From the NCBI GenBank assembly GCA_024655965.1, contig JANLFL010000006.1, positions 879 through 64,878 on the forward strand: DNA of 64,000 nt, written 5' to 3'. The position numbers and the translations under genes are program-made. Below the pieces are notes generated by a model that worked only from the letters and a program-made list of their open reading frames with translations, had not been told where the DNA came from and searched no databases. Origin of the DNA: Caldisericota bacterium (GTDB lineage: Bacteria; Caldisericota; JANLFM01). Below, one piece after another: positions 56,685-64,000 of the stretch (position 1 is its first letter; each line of letters begins with the position of its first letter).

Positions 56685-57365
56685 ATGAGAGCCATTATTA
56701 ACAAGCGAGAAGTAACTGTTGACCAAGGCGTTTTAGAGGGGTTTAAGGAACTCTTAAAAATTTACAGCCCCTCTTGCGTGGTTGCTGATTCTCAGGAGAG
56801 AGAGGGAGTGATGCGGAGCTACATCAGGCCCTTAATGCCAAATACTCGGTTTGTTGGCCCCGCCCTCACCGTGCACTTACAACCTGGAAACCAGGTGGAT
56901 TGCCTGGATGCCCTTTCTGTTGCCATGCCCGGGGACGTGATCGTGGTGGATGCCGGGGGTGAGACGGAAACTTCAATTTGGGGAGGATTAATGGCCGGGT
57001 TGTGCAAAATGAAAGGGGTAGTGGGAGCGGTCGTTGATGGTGCTATTCGGGATGTTGATGAAATTAGAGATTTAGGTTTTTTCATTTTTTCCAAGGCTAT
57101 CGTCCCCCGGTCAACTCACTCCCCCTATTCGGGAAAATATGATCCCATCGAAGTGAACGTCCCCATCCAATGTGGAGGTGTTCTAGTGCGGCCCGGGGAC
57201 CTGATCCTGGGAGATGATATCGGGGTAGTGGTGATTCCCTTGGAGAATGCGGAAATCGTCTTGAAGAACGCCAAGGAACAGGCTCGGAAGGAAGAATTGA
57301 CCCGGGAGAAAATCAGGCAAGGGAAAACCGTTGAGGAACTTCTTCAAGAGTTTGGCAGGCTTTGA
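56685..57365 (+). CDS. RraA-family protein (HMG/CHA aldolase or oxaloacetate decarboxylase-like)
   Basis: GPALTV...GDVIVVDAGGETETSIWGGLMA...GAVVDGAIRDVDEI. The ATG at 56685 follows AAGGGG. Confidence 0.85.
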   Translation: MRAIINKREVTVDQGVLEGFKELLKIYSPSCVVADSQEREGVMRSYIRPLMPNTRFVGPALTVHLQPGNQVDCLDALSVAMPGDVIVVDAGGETETSIWGGLMAGLCKMKGVVGAVVDGAIRDVDEIRDLGFFIFSKAIVPRSTHSPYSGKYDPIEVNVPIQCGGVLVRPGDLILGDDIGVVVIPLENAEIVLKNAKEQARKEELTREKIRQGKTVEELLQEFGRL

Positions 57366-57385
57366 GTCGAAAAGGAGGTTTTTTA

Positions 57386-58564
57386 ATGAATCCATTTGAA
57401 AGACAAAGAGTTTTTAATTTGCAGAAGAGGATGAGCCAGGAAGGAATACAGGCCCTGGTTTGTCGTCTACCCGAGAATGTTCTTTTTCTCACAGACTACT
57501 GGCCCCACCACGGTATCTCGGTAGCGGTTCTCCCCCAGGAGGGGAAGCCCTTGCTTTTCGTTCCCGAGGTGGAGGAAGAATATGCCAAGCCTGAGTGGGC
57601 AGAAGTAAAACCCTTTGGCTGGGGTCTTCTGAAAGATGGAGACCTTTATCAGAATTTTGAATCCTTGCTGAGCCAGGCCTCTTCAATTTTTGATTTGCCG
57701 GGGAAGAGGGTTGCCGTGGAAATTGGTTTTGAAGTTGTTGCCCCGAGTTACAGGATTGCTGAACCGGTTGTCCCCTCAGGGCCCTGGCAGGATCTCTTGA
57801 AAAAGGTTTTTTCTTCTTCTCAATTGATTGATTCCTCCCCGATTATCCAAGGTGTTCGGGCCATCAAAACCCCTTATGAGATTGAGAAGCTCCGGATCGC
57901 CAATGAAATAGCGGAGAAGGGGATTTTGGAGGGGATCTCGAATATTAAAGCGGGGATGACCGAGGTCCAATTGGGAGCCCTTATTGAGCACTGGATAAGG
58001 GCGAATGGCCCGGGCTACAAGGGAGCCAGGCTGGTAAGGGCGGAAGTGGAGGTTGGCGCTGGCCCCGTGGGAAGTACGAAAGGAACCCTGCTCGTTCCCT
58101 CCACCCCCTATTCCTTCAAAGAGGGGGACTTGGTAATGATCGAGGTTGCCACCATGGTCGACGGTTACTTTTCGGATTTGACCTACATGGCTGTTGTGGG
58201 GACCCCAAACCCCCGACAGAAAGAGGTGTACAATTCCCTTCTTGAAGCACAAAAAGCCGCGGCCAAAGAAATGTACGAGGGGAATCCCTGGGAGGCTCCG
58301 GACACTGCTGCCCGGAAGGTACTGGAGAAAGCTGGTTTAAAGGAGTTTTTTGTTCATATTACTGGCCACGGATTGGGCTTCAGATACCATGAATCGATGC
58401 CAATCCTTGCCCCAGGAGCACAAGGAGTCTTGGCGCTGGGGAACGTCTGCAGCATTGAGCCCGGGATTTACATTCCCGGTTTTGGGGGTTTGAGAATTGA
58501 GGATGATGTTGTGGTGGGGGAGAAAGGGCCAGTATTCCTTTCCACCCCGCGGGAACCCTGGTAA
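57386..58564 (+). CDS. M24-family (Xaa-Pro peptidase/creatinase-like) hydrolase
   Basis: A creatinase-like N-domain with a pita-bread C-domain: VDGYFSDLTYM, HITGHGLGFRYHE, CSIEPGIY and LRIEDDVVV. The ATG at 57386 lies 7 nt after AAAGGAGG. Confidence 0.82.
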   Translation: MNPFERQRVFNLQKRMSQEGIQALVCRLPENVLFLTDYWPHHGISVAVLPQEGKPLLFVPEVEEEYAKPEWAEVKPFGWGLLKDGDLYQNFESLLSQASSIFDLPGKRVAVEIGFEVVAPSYRIAEPVVPSGPWQDLLKKVFSSSQLIDSSPIIQGVRAIKTPYEIEKLRIANEIAEKGILEGISNIKAGMTEVQLGALIEHWIRANGPGYKGARLVRAEVEVGAGPVGSTKGTLLVPSTPYSFKEGDLVMIEVATMVDGYFSDLTYMAVVGTPNPRQKEVYNSLLEAQKAAAKEMYEGNPWEAPDTAARKVLEKAGLKEFFVHITGHGLGFRYHESMPILAPGAQGVLALGNVCSIEPGIYIPGFGGLRIEDDVVVGEKGPVFLSTPREPW

Positions 58565-58587
58565 AAAGCTTTAAAAAGGAGGGAGTA

Positions 58588-59364
58588 ATGGCAAATCGTT
58601 TTGTGAACCAAGTTGTGATCGTCACGGGGGGAGCCAAAGGAATTGGATGGGGAATTGCCAAAGTCTTCAGCCAGGAAGGGGCAAAGGTGGTTATTGCTGA
58701 CTGGGACGAAACGAACGGACCCAAAGCGGCAGAAGAGCTCCGAAAGAATGGAGGAGAGGCCCTCTATGTGAGGTGCGATGTCTCCCAGGAGGAGCAAGTA
58801 AAGGCCATGGTGGAACAGACCATCCAGACTTTTGGCCGGATTGATGTCCTGGTCAATAACGCTGGGGTGGGAATTTACAAGTCTATTCTGGACGCCTCCA
58901 GCCAGGACTGGGATCTCTGTTTGAGCGTCAACTTGAAGGGCGTTTTTCTCTGCTCCAAGTACGTTATCCCTTACATGCAGAAACAGGGAAAAGGGAACAT
59001 CATCAATATCTCCTCTGTACACTCTTTCCAGACTGTGAATGGGGTGGCTCCCTATGCAGCCTCCAAAGGTGGGATCACCGCTTTGACCAGGAACATGGCC
59101 ATTGATTATGGCCCAACGATTCGCGTGAACTCCATTGCACCGGGTTGGGTCCTTACCCCCTTGATTCAGAGCATTTTTGACAGCTACCCGGATCCCGAAG
59201 CTCAGAGAAAGGCCGTAGAGCAGCGCCAGATAATGAAGAGGATTGGGCAACCGGAGGATATCGGTTATGCTGCGGCATTCTTAGCCAGTGACGAAGCCTC
59301 TTTTATTACCGGTACCCAGCTCTTCGTTGACGGAGGGTTAACTGCCCAGCTGGAGACCTGGTAA
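58588..59364 (+). CDS. SDR-family oxidoreductase (KduD/glucose-1-dehydrogenase-like)
   Basis: VTGGAKGIGWGIA, NNAG and YAASKGG (YxxxK). Confidence 0.9.
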   Translation: MANRFVNQVVIVTGGAKGIGWGIAKVFSQEGAKVVIADWDETNGPKAAEELRKNGGEALYVRCDVSQEEQVKAMVEQTIQTFGRIDVLVNNAGVGIYKSILDASSQDWDLCLSVNLKGVFLCSKYVIPYMQKQGKGNIINISSVHSFQTVNGVAPYAASKGGITALTRNMAIDYGPTIRVNSIAPGWVLTPLIQSIFDSYPDPEAQRKAVEQRQIMKRIGQPEDIGYAAAFLASDEASFITGTQLFVDGGLTAQLETW

Positions 59365-59380
59365 TTTTCGGAGCGGCAAA

Positions 59381-60538
59381 ATGGAGAACAGGGGATTAAC
59401 ATTTAACATTTTGAAAGACGATCTCGGTAGATTTTCGGGAAAAGGTCCTGTTTTTGTCACCTTTGGTGAGACGATGGTCCGGGACACCCCAGCGGACATG
59501 CAAAGACTCGAAAGAACCGGGAGCATATATGTTTCTTTAGCGGGGAGTGAATTTACCGTCGCGGTCCTTCTTGGCCGGTTCGGAATTCCCTCCGCTTACA
59601 TTACCCGGGTTCCAGATAATCCCTACGGTTGGATGCTCCGTGATACTGCGAGGAGCAATGGGGTAGATACGCGGTTCATCGTCTGGGGCAATAAAGCGGA
59701 ACCCATGGGAAGGTTGTTATATGAAATCGGGCGGACTCCTCGGAAAAGCGTGGGTTGGTATCAAAGGATGTTTTCCGCAGCGAGCAGGCTGGGCCCTGGA
59801 ATGGTGAAGTGGGAAGAGGCTCTAAAGGACTGCGAGATCTTTCACACTTCAGGGATCACTTTTGGCCTTGCCTTCCACAGCAAATATGAAAAAAACTTCT
59901 TGCTTGAGGCTTTTGAGGAAGCCCTTTCCTTTAAGCCTTCAAATTGCAAGGTGGGACTGGATTTTAATTTCAGGGCAACCCTTTGGCCTGCCGAGAAGTG
60001 TAAAGAGGTAATGACCCCTTTGGTAAAAAACCACGTGGATATCTTAATCACTACCATTGAAGACATGGCAACAGTCTACGGTTTTCCCTGCGGAAGGTAT
60101 TCGCCCGAGGAAATCGACAAGGGGGAAATGGGGGAAATTTCTGACGATGACCTTAAATCCCTTGCTACGCGCTTGGGAGAGTTTTTCGATCTCTCCATTG
60201 TGGCCATCACTATCAGGTATCCTGATTCCTTCGAGGAAAATCGGTGGGAGAGCGCAGTTATGGACAACCAAGGAAATTTCTTCCGTTCACCCCAGGTAAA
60301 GTCAATAACTTTGTTAGATCGATTAGGAGGAGGTGATACTTGGAACGGAGGATTTTACTACGGTTTGTTAACGTCTGGTTTTGGGCCAGAGGGGCTTGAG
60401 AAAGGCCTTCTGGTAGGGGATGCAGCCACCCGGATTAAACAGACACTGATGTTCGATCTACCCATCATCACCAAGAACGAAGTTCAAGAGATTCTCAAAG
60501 CGGATGTTGAGGGTGGGGGGAAAAGGGTCTCCCGCTAA
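59381..60538 (+). CDS. PfkB-family sugar/keto-deoxy-sugar kinase (KdgK-like, long form)
   Basis: FVTFGETMVRD...LAGSEFTVAVLLGRFG. The C-terminal DRLGGGDTWNGGFYYGL resembles the PfkB ATP/anion-hole motif. Confidence 0.8.
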   Translation: MENRGLTFNILKDDLGRFSGKGPVFVTFGETMVRDTPADMQRLERTGSIYVSLAGSEFTVAVLLGRFGIPSAYITRVPDNPYGWMLRDTARSNGVDTRFIVWGNKAEPMGRLLYEIGRTPRKSVGWYQRMFSAASRLGPGMVKWEEALKDCEIFHTSGITFGLAFHSKYEKNFLLEAFEEALSFKPSNCKVGLDFNFRATLWPAEKCKEVMTPLVKNHVDILITTIEDMATVYGFPCGRYSPEEIDKGEMGEISDDDLKSLATRLGEFFDLSIVAITIRYPDSFEENRWESAVMDNQGNFFRSPQVKSITLLDRLGGGDTWNGGFYYGLLTSGFGPEGLEKGLLVGDAATRIKQTLMFDLPIITKNEVQEILKADVEGGGKRVSR

Positions 60539-60593
60539 TCCGGGCTGTGTCTTGAGGAAAAGGAGGAAAAATTTTAATTTAAAGGAGGAAAAA

Positions 60594-61637
60594 GTGGAAA
60601 GAAAAGCAGTAAAAATTCTGTTTGTGGTCCTCTTGATTGCCACCTTCCTTGTGGGATGCTCTTCCGCTCCTTCAACCACGCCCACTTCAACCGCTCCTTC
60701 GGAGAGCCAAACTCCTACCCCTAAACCCAGTGTTTCCAACGAGGAGTACATTTATGTCTCCTGCATGGGAAACCTCGAGTTCTTCAACGCCCACAAATAT
60801 GGATGGAAATGGGCGGGGGAAGTTCTTGGAGTTAAGACCACCTATGTCGGACCTGCGGAATACGACTTGAATGCCATGGTAGCTGCCTTCGACCAGGCAA
60901 TTGCCAAGAAACCAGCAGGAATTTGCGTTTTCGCGGTGGAACCGGTTCTTGAACCAGAGATCAACAAGGCAGTTGAAAATGGAATCCCTGTGGTCACCAT
61001 CCTGGGAGATCTTCCCAACTCCAAGAGGCTAGCTTTTGTTGGCTCTCACCAGTACGATCTTGGATACGTTGGCGGAAAGAAACTCGCGGAGGCTTTGGGA
61101 GGAAAAGGAAAGGTTGCCATCCTGAGCATCCCTGGAGTTCAAATGTTCGACGATCGAGAGCAGGGTTACAGAGCCGCTTTCGCAGAGTATCCGGGGATCG
61201 AAGTGGTCCAGGTTGGCGACACCAAGGCAGATACCGTTACTGCCATCAGTGTTGCCAAGGACATCCTTCAGCGCTACCCTGACCTCTCTGCTTTTGTGGG
61301 GACCGACTCCACGGGAGGAATTGGCGCGGCCACCGCTGTGAAGGAAGCCGGCAAGGTTGGGCAGGTAAAGACGGTTGCCATGGACCGGAACTCTGACGTC
61401 CTCCAGGCTATTCAAGACGGGATTCTCACTGGCACCGTCGCCCAGGACGACGCGGCGATGGCATACTGGGCCCTTCTTGTGCTCTACAATTACAACCACC
61501 ACCAAGCTCCTCTTACCAGTGATAACGCCAAAGCCGGCGCTCGAACCGGGCCCACGGTCGTTTATATGTCCGTTAACTACATCGATAAGAGCAATCTCCA
61601 GTACTACCTTGAGGCTAACAAACTCTATCTTCCTTAA
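60594..61637 (+). CDS. Sugar ABC transporter substrate-binding lipoprotein (ribose/PBP-1 type)
   Basis: GTG start after AAAGGAGG. Signal peptide with lipobox LVGC, then a Ser/Thr/Pro linker and a periplasmic-binding fold (VVTILGD...VAMDRN). The ORF-track start at 60504 lies inside the kinase gene. Confidence 0.85.
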   Translation: MERKAVKILFVVLLIATFLVGCSSAPSTTPTSTAPSESQTPTPKPSVSNEEYIYVSCMGNLEFFNAHKYGWKWAGEVLGVKTTYVGPAEYDLNAMVAAFDQAIAKKPAGICVFAVEPVLEPEINKAVENGIPVVTILGDLPNSKRLAFVGSHQYDLGYVGGKKLAEALGGKGKVAILSIPGVQMFDDREQGYRAAFAEYPGIEVVQVGDTKADTVTAISVAKDILQRYPDLSAFVGTDSTGGIGAATAVKEAGKVGQVKTVAMDRNSDVLQAIQDGILTGTVAQDDAAMAYWALLVLYNYNHHQAPLTSDNAKAGARTGPTVVYMSVNYIDKSNLQYYLEANKLYLP

Positions 61638-61650
61638 TCGTTGATTAATG

Positions 61651-61681
61651 CCCCGGGGGAAGGGTCTTCCTTCCCCCGGGG
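61651..61681 (+). promoter_or_regulatory. GC-rich intercistronic stem-loop after the binding-protein gene, without a U-tract
   Basis: CCCCGGGGGAAGG (61651-61663) pairs with CCTTCCCCCGGGG (61669-61681) as a 13-bp perfect stem with a 5-nt loop. GAAAGAG follows it, so it does not look like a classical terminator. Confidence 0.55.
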
Positions 61682-61706
61682 GAAAGAGATAATTTGAGGT
61701 TTTGGA

Positions 61707-63233
61707 ATGGAAGAGGTTCTTAGGGCAGAGCATATTTCAAAAAGATTTCCTGGCGTTTTGGCGGTTGACGACGTTAGTTTTTCCCTCAATCGGGGGGAAA
61801 TCCTGGCTTTAATTGGGGAAAACGGGGCAGGTAAGAGCACTCTTTCTTTAATTTTAAGCGGGATTCATAAGCCCGATAGCGGGAGTATTTTCCTCGAAGG
61901 GAAGAAAATTTCATTCAACGCCCCGGTCGATGCGATTCATGCCGGAATTGCAATGGTTTTCCAGGAACTTTCCCTTGTGGGGAGCCTTTCTGTTGCCGAG
62001 AACATCTTTGCCAACAGGCAACCCGTGGGAGTTGGGGGTAAGATAAGGTGGGATGAACTTTATAAGAGAACAAAGGAATTTCTGGGGCGTTTCGACCTTG
62101 ACCTGAACCCCCGTCTTCAGGTCAAGTTTCTCTCCATGGGGCAGCAACAAATCCTGGAAATTCTTAAGGCAATCTCCATTAATCCCAAGGTTTTAATCCT
62201 TGACGAACCCACTTCCTCTCTTGCGGAATCGGAGGTGGCCTACCTTTTTGAGAACATCCGGAAGCTTCAGAAACAGGGGATTTCCATCATTTACATCACC
62301 CACAAACTATCGGAGGTTTTCAGAATTGCGGATCGGGTAATCGTCATGCGGGATGGGAAGCATGTGGGGACCTGTCCGGTTTCCGAAGTGACGGAAAATG
62401 ACCTGGTTTCCATGATGGTTGGAAGGAAGATCACAAGTTTGTACGGGGATGTGGCAAAAACAGATGGAGAGGAATATTTCAAGGTTCAGAGGTTTTCCCG
62501 AAGAGGAGCATTTCATGATGTTTCCTTTTCCCTCAAAAAGGGGGAAATTCTCGGGTTCTTTGGTTTAGTTGGTGCGGGGCGGAGCGAACTGGCCCGGGCA
62601 ATAGTAGGGGCTTTCCCAAAGGACTCGGGGAATGTCTTCCTCGATGGCAGGGAGGTTTTTATTAAGAACCCCTCGGATGCCATTCATCAGGGAATCGCGT
62701 ACCTCACCGAGGACCGGAAGGGCGATGGCTTGTACCTTGGGATGAGCGTGAAGGACAACCTTGTTGCCCCTTCCCTTCCGAGGTTTTTAAAATATAAGAG
62801 TTTCTTGGATTTTCGGCGAATTGAAGAATTCTCCCAGAAATCCGTTCAGGAGTTCTCCATCGTAACCCCTTCTTTGAACAAGAAAATCTCCAACCTCTCC
62901 GGAGGGAATCAACAGAAGTGTCTGATTGCCATGTGGATGGGGACAAACCCCAAGGTCGTTCTCTTCGACGAACCCACCAGGGGAGTGGATGTGGGAGCAA
63001 GAGCGGAAATTTACCACAAGCTCCGGGAGATGGCCAGTACCGGTGTTGGGGTCGTAATGATTTCGTCTGACCTCCCTGAACTGATAGGGATGTGTGATCG
63101 GATCATCGTCATGCACCATGGCCACATCACCGGAGAACTTAAAAGAGGGGAATTTTCTGAGGAGAGGATCATGGCATATGCAGCAGGAATTACCCCCAGG
63201 GAAAATATTCCACAAGAGGTGACTTATGGCTAA
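61707..63233 (+). CDS. Sugar ABC transporter ATP-binding protein (RbsA-like, tandem ABC domains)
   Basis: GENGAGKSTL, LSMGQQQILEILK, ILDEPTSSL, and a second domain with LSGGNQQK and LFDEPTRGVD. Confidence 0.92.
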   Translation: MEEVLRAEHISKRFPGVLAVDDVSFSLNRGEILALIGENGAGKSTLSLILSGIHKPDSGSIFLEGKKISFNAPVDAIHAGIAMVFQELSLVGSLSVAENIFANRQPVGVGGKIRWDELYKRTKEFLGRFDLDLNPRLQVKFLSMGQQQILEILKAISINPKVLILDEPTSSLAESEVAYLFENIRKLQKQGISIIYITHKLSEVFRIADRVIVMRDGKHVGTCPVSEVTENDLVSMMVGRKITSLYGDVAKTDGEEYFKVQRFSRRGAFHDVSFSLKKGEILGFFGLVGAGRSELARAIVGAFPKDSGNVFLDGREVFIKNPSDAIHQGIAYLTEDRKGDGLYLGMSVKDNLVAPSLPRFLKYKSFLDFRRIEEFSQKSVQEFSIVTPSLNKKISNLSGGNQQKCLIAMWMGTNPKVVLFDEPTRGVDVGARAEIYHKLREMASTGVGVVMISSDLPELIGMCDRIIVMHHGHITGELKRGEFSEERIMAYAAGITPRENIPQEVTYG

Positions 63234-64000
63234 GGAAGAAGCGGGAATTTTAAAATCTCTTAGAGCTATTGTGGCTTTTCGGGAATTTGCCTTAATAATC
63301 GTTATTGTCATTTTCGGCTTCGCCATGTCTCTGGCTTCTCCCGTATTCCTCACAATGCAAAATATCGAGGCGATACTCCTCGCCCTCTCTGTTGAAGCAA
63401 CAATCGCCGTGGGGATGGTGAATCTATTAATCTCGGGGGGCCTAGATTTATCAGTTGGTTCTACGCTTGCTTTTACAGGGGTGGTGACGGGTTTAGCTTT
63501 GAATGCCGGAACCCCGGTTGTCCTTTCCATAATCCTCGGCCTCCTTGCTGCTTTAGGGGTAGGGTTCGTTAACGGTTTTCTGGTCTCAAAGATGAAAATC
63601 AACCCCTTTATCGTTACCCTGGGGACGAACATGGCTGTTCGAGGCCTCCTCCTGGTCCTTGCCCAGGGCCGGGCTGTCCTGAATCTTCCCCCGGAGTTCA
63701 CCGTGATAGGGCAGGGTAGGCTTTTCGGAATCCAGTATCCGATATACGTGATGCTGGCTTTAGTGATTATCGGTGATTTTCTTGTCCGGAATACCCGCTT
63801 CTTCCGGCAGAATTATTACATTGGGAGCAACGAAAGGGCTGCGAGGTTCTCAGGGATCAACGTTGATTTAGTGAAAGTCATCAATTATTGCATTGTAGCC
63901 CTTCTTGCGGGAGTAGCAGGGCTAATGATAACTGCTCGTTTTGGCTCAGCTTCCGTGACCGTTGGAAGTGGGCTTGAGCTTCGGGTAATCACGGCCACGA
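63226..64000 (+). CDS. Sugar ABC transporter permease (RbsC-like), 5' part. The gene runs off the window end.
   Basis: The ATG at 63226 overlaps the ATPase stop. My translation is MAKEEAGILKSLRAIVAFREFALIIVIV...GGLDLSVGS...NPFIVTLGT, and the frame stays open to position 64000. It is not in the ORF track because no stop lies within the window. Confidence 0.85.
   Translation, partial: MAKEEAGILKSLRAIVAFREFALIIVIVIFGFAMSLASPVFLTMQNIEAILLALSVEATIAVGMVNLLISGGLDLSVGSTLAFTGVVTGLALNAGTPVVLSIILGLLAALGVGFVNGFLVSKMKINPFIVTLGTNMAVRGLLLVLAQGRAVLNLPPEFTVIGQGRLFGIQYPIYVMLALVIIGDFLVRNTRFFRQNYYIGSNERAARFSGINVDLVKVINYCIVALLAGVAGLMITARFGSASVTVGSGLELRVITAT

Noticed and set aside
58468-59250. 260-aa minus-strand ORF
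   Set aside because: It is entirely antisense to the SDR gene. The plus frame has clear Rossmann (TGGAKGIG), NNAG and YxxxK motifs, whereas the minus-strand product has no recognisable motif. It is a shadow ORF.
61029-61733. 234-aa minus-strand ORF
   Set aside because: It is antisense to the sugar-binding lipoprotein gene, which has a signal peptide, a lipobox and a PBP fold. The antisense translation is Gly/Arg/Val-rich with no motifs.
62787-63701. 304-aa minus-strand ORF
   Set aside because: It is antisense to the RbsA-like ATPase and RbsC-like permease genes, both of which carry unmistakable motifs. It is a shadow ORF.

Overview
Compact bacterial chromosome segment of roughly 50% GC by eye. 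Many ATGA/TAATG overlaps indicate translational coupling, and ferredoxin-type enzymes suggest an anaerobe, possibly a thermophile.

Layout:
(1) 1-13.7 kb: S10/spc/alpha ribosomal-protein superoperon, from the rplC 3' end to rplQ, including secY, adk, map, infA and rpmJ. There is no rpmD.
(2) 13.7-16.9 kb: ecfA1-ecfA2-ecfT-truA.
(3) 17.0-22.7 kb: a translationally coupled three-gene cassette wedged between truA and rplU. It encodes a TerB-N/TerB-C protein, a DUF2791-type P-loop ATPase and an Lhr-like SF2 helicase. This is the Shango-type architecture, whose mechanism is unknown. The TerB protein carries an unrecognisable N-terminal module of about 320 aa, and no mobility genes flank the cassette. 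This is the strongest candidate for the interesting system.
(4) 22.8-30.4 kb: rplU-rpmA, obg-nadD-rsfS, and polA-mutM-coaE plus a Cas4-like Fe-S PD-(D/E)XK nuclease.
(5) 30.4-37.1 kb: a 425-aa protein I cannot assign, a homoserine-dehydrogenase-like gene coupled to a tungsten-type aldehyde:ferredoxin oxidoreductase, a NUDIX hydrolase, a class II aldolase and an RNase J-like MBL hydrolase.
(6) 37.1-51.1 kb: a purine/pyrimidine redox and salvage cluster. Two pairs of xanthine-dehydrogenase-family 2Fe-2S and FAD subunits sit in mirror order around preT-preA and a MoaD/ThiS-like gene, alongside mocA, ssnA-like, adenine deaminase and a BMP-type nucleoside ABC transporter. No molybdopterin large subunit is present anywhere in the window.
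(7) 51.1-54.7 kb: an M50/CBS protease, a 30-aa bS22-like ORF missing from the ORF track, and DUF59, DedA and DUF72 genes.
(8) 54.9-64.0 kb: an IclR-controlled KDG-type sugar-acid cluster (eda, ABM, iclR, RraA-like, M24, SDR, PfkB kinase) with a ribose-type ABC transporter whose permease runs off the window.

No rRNA, tRNA, CRISPR array, transposase or integrase was seen.
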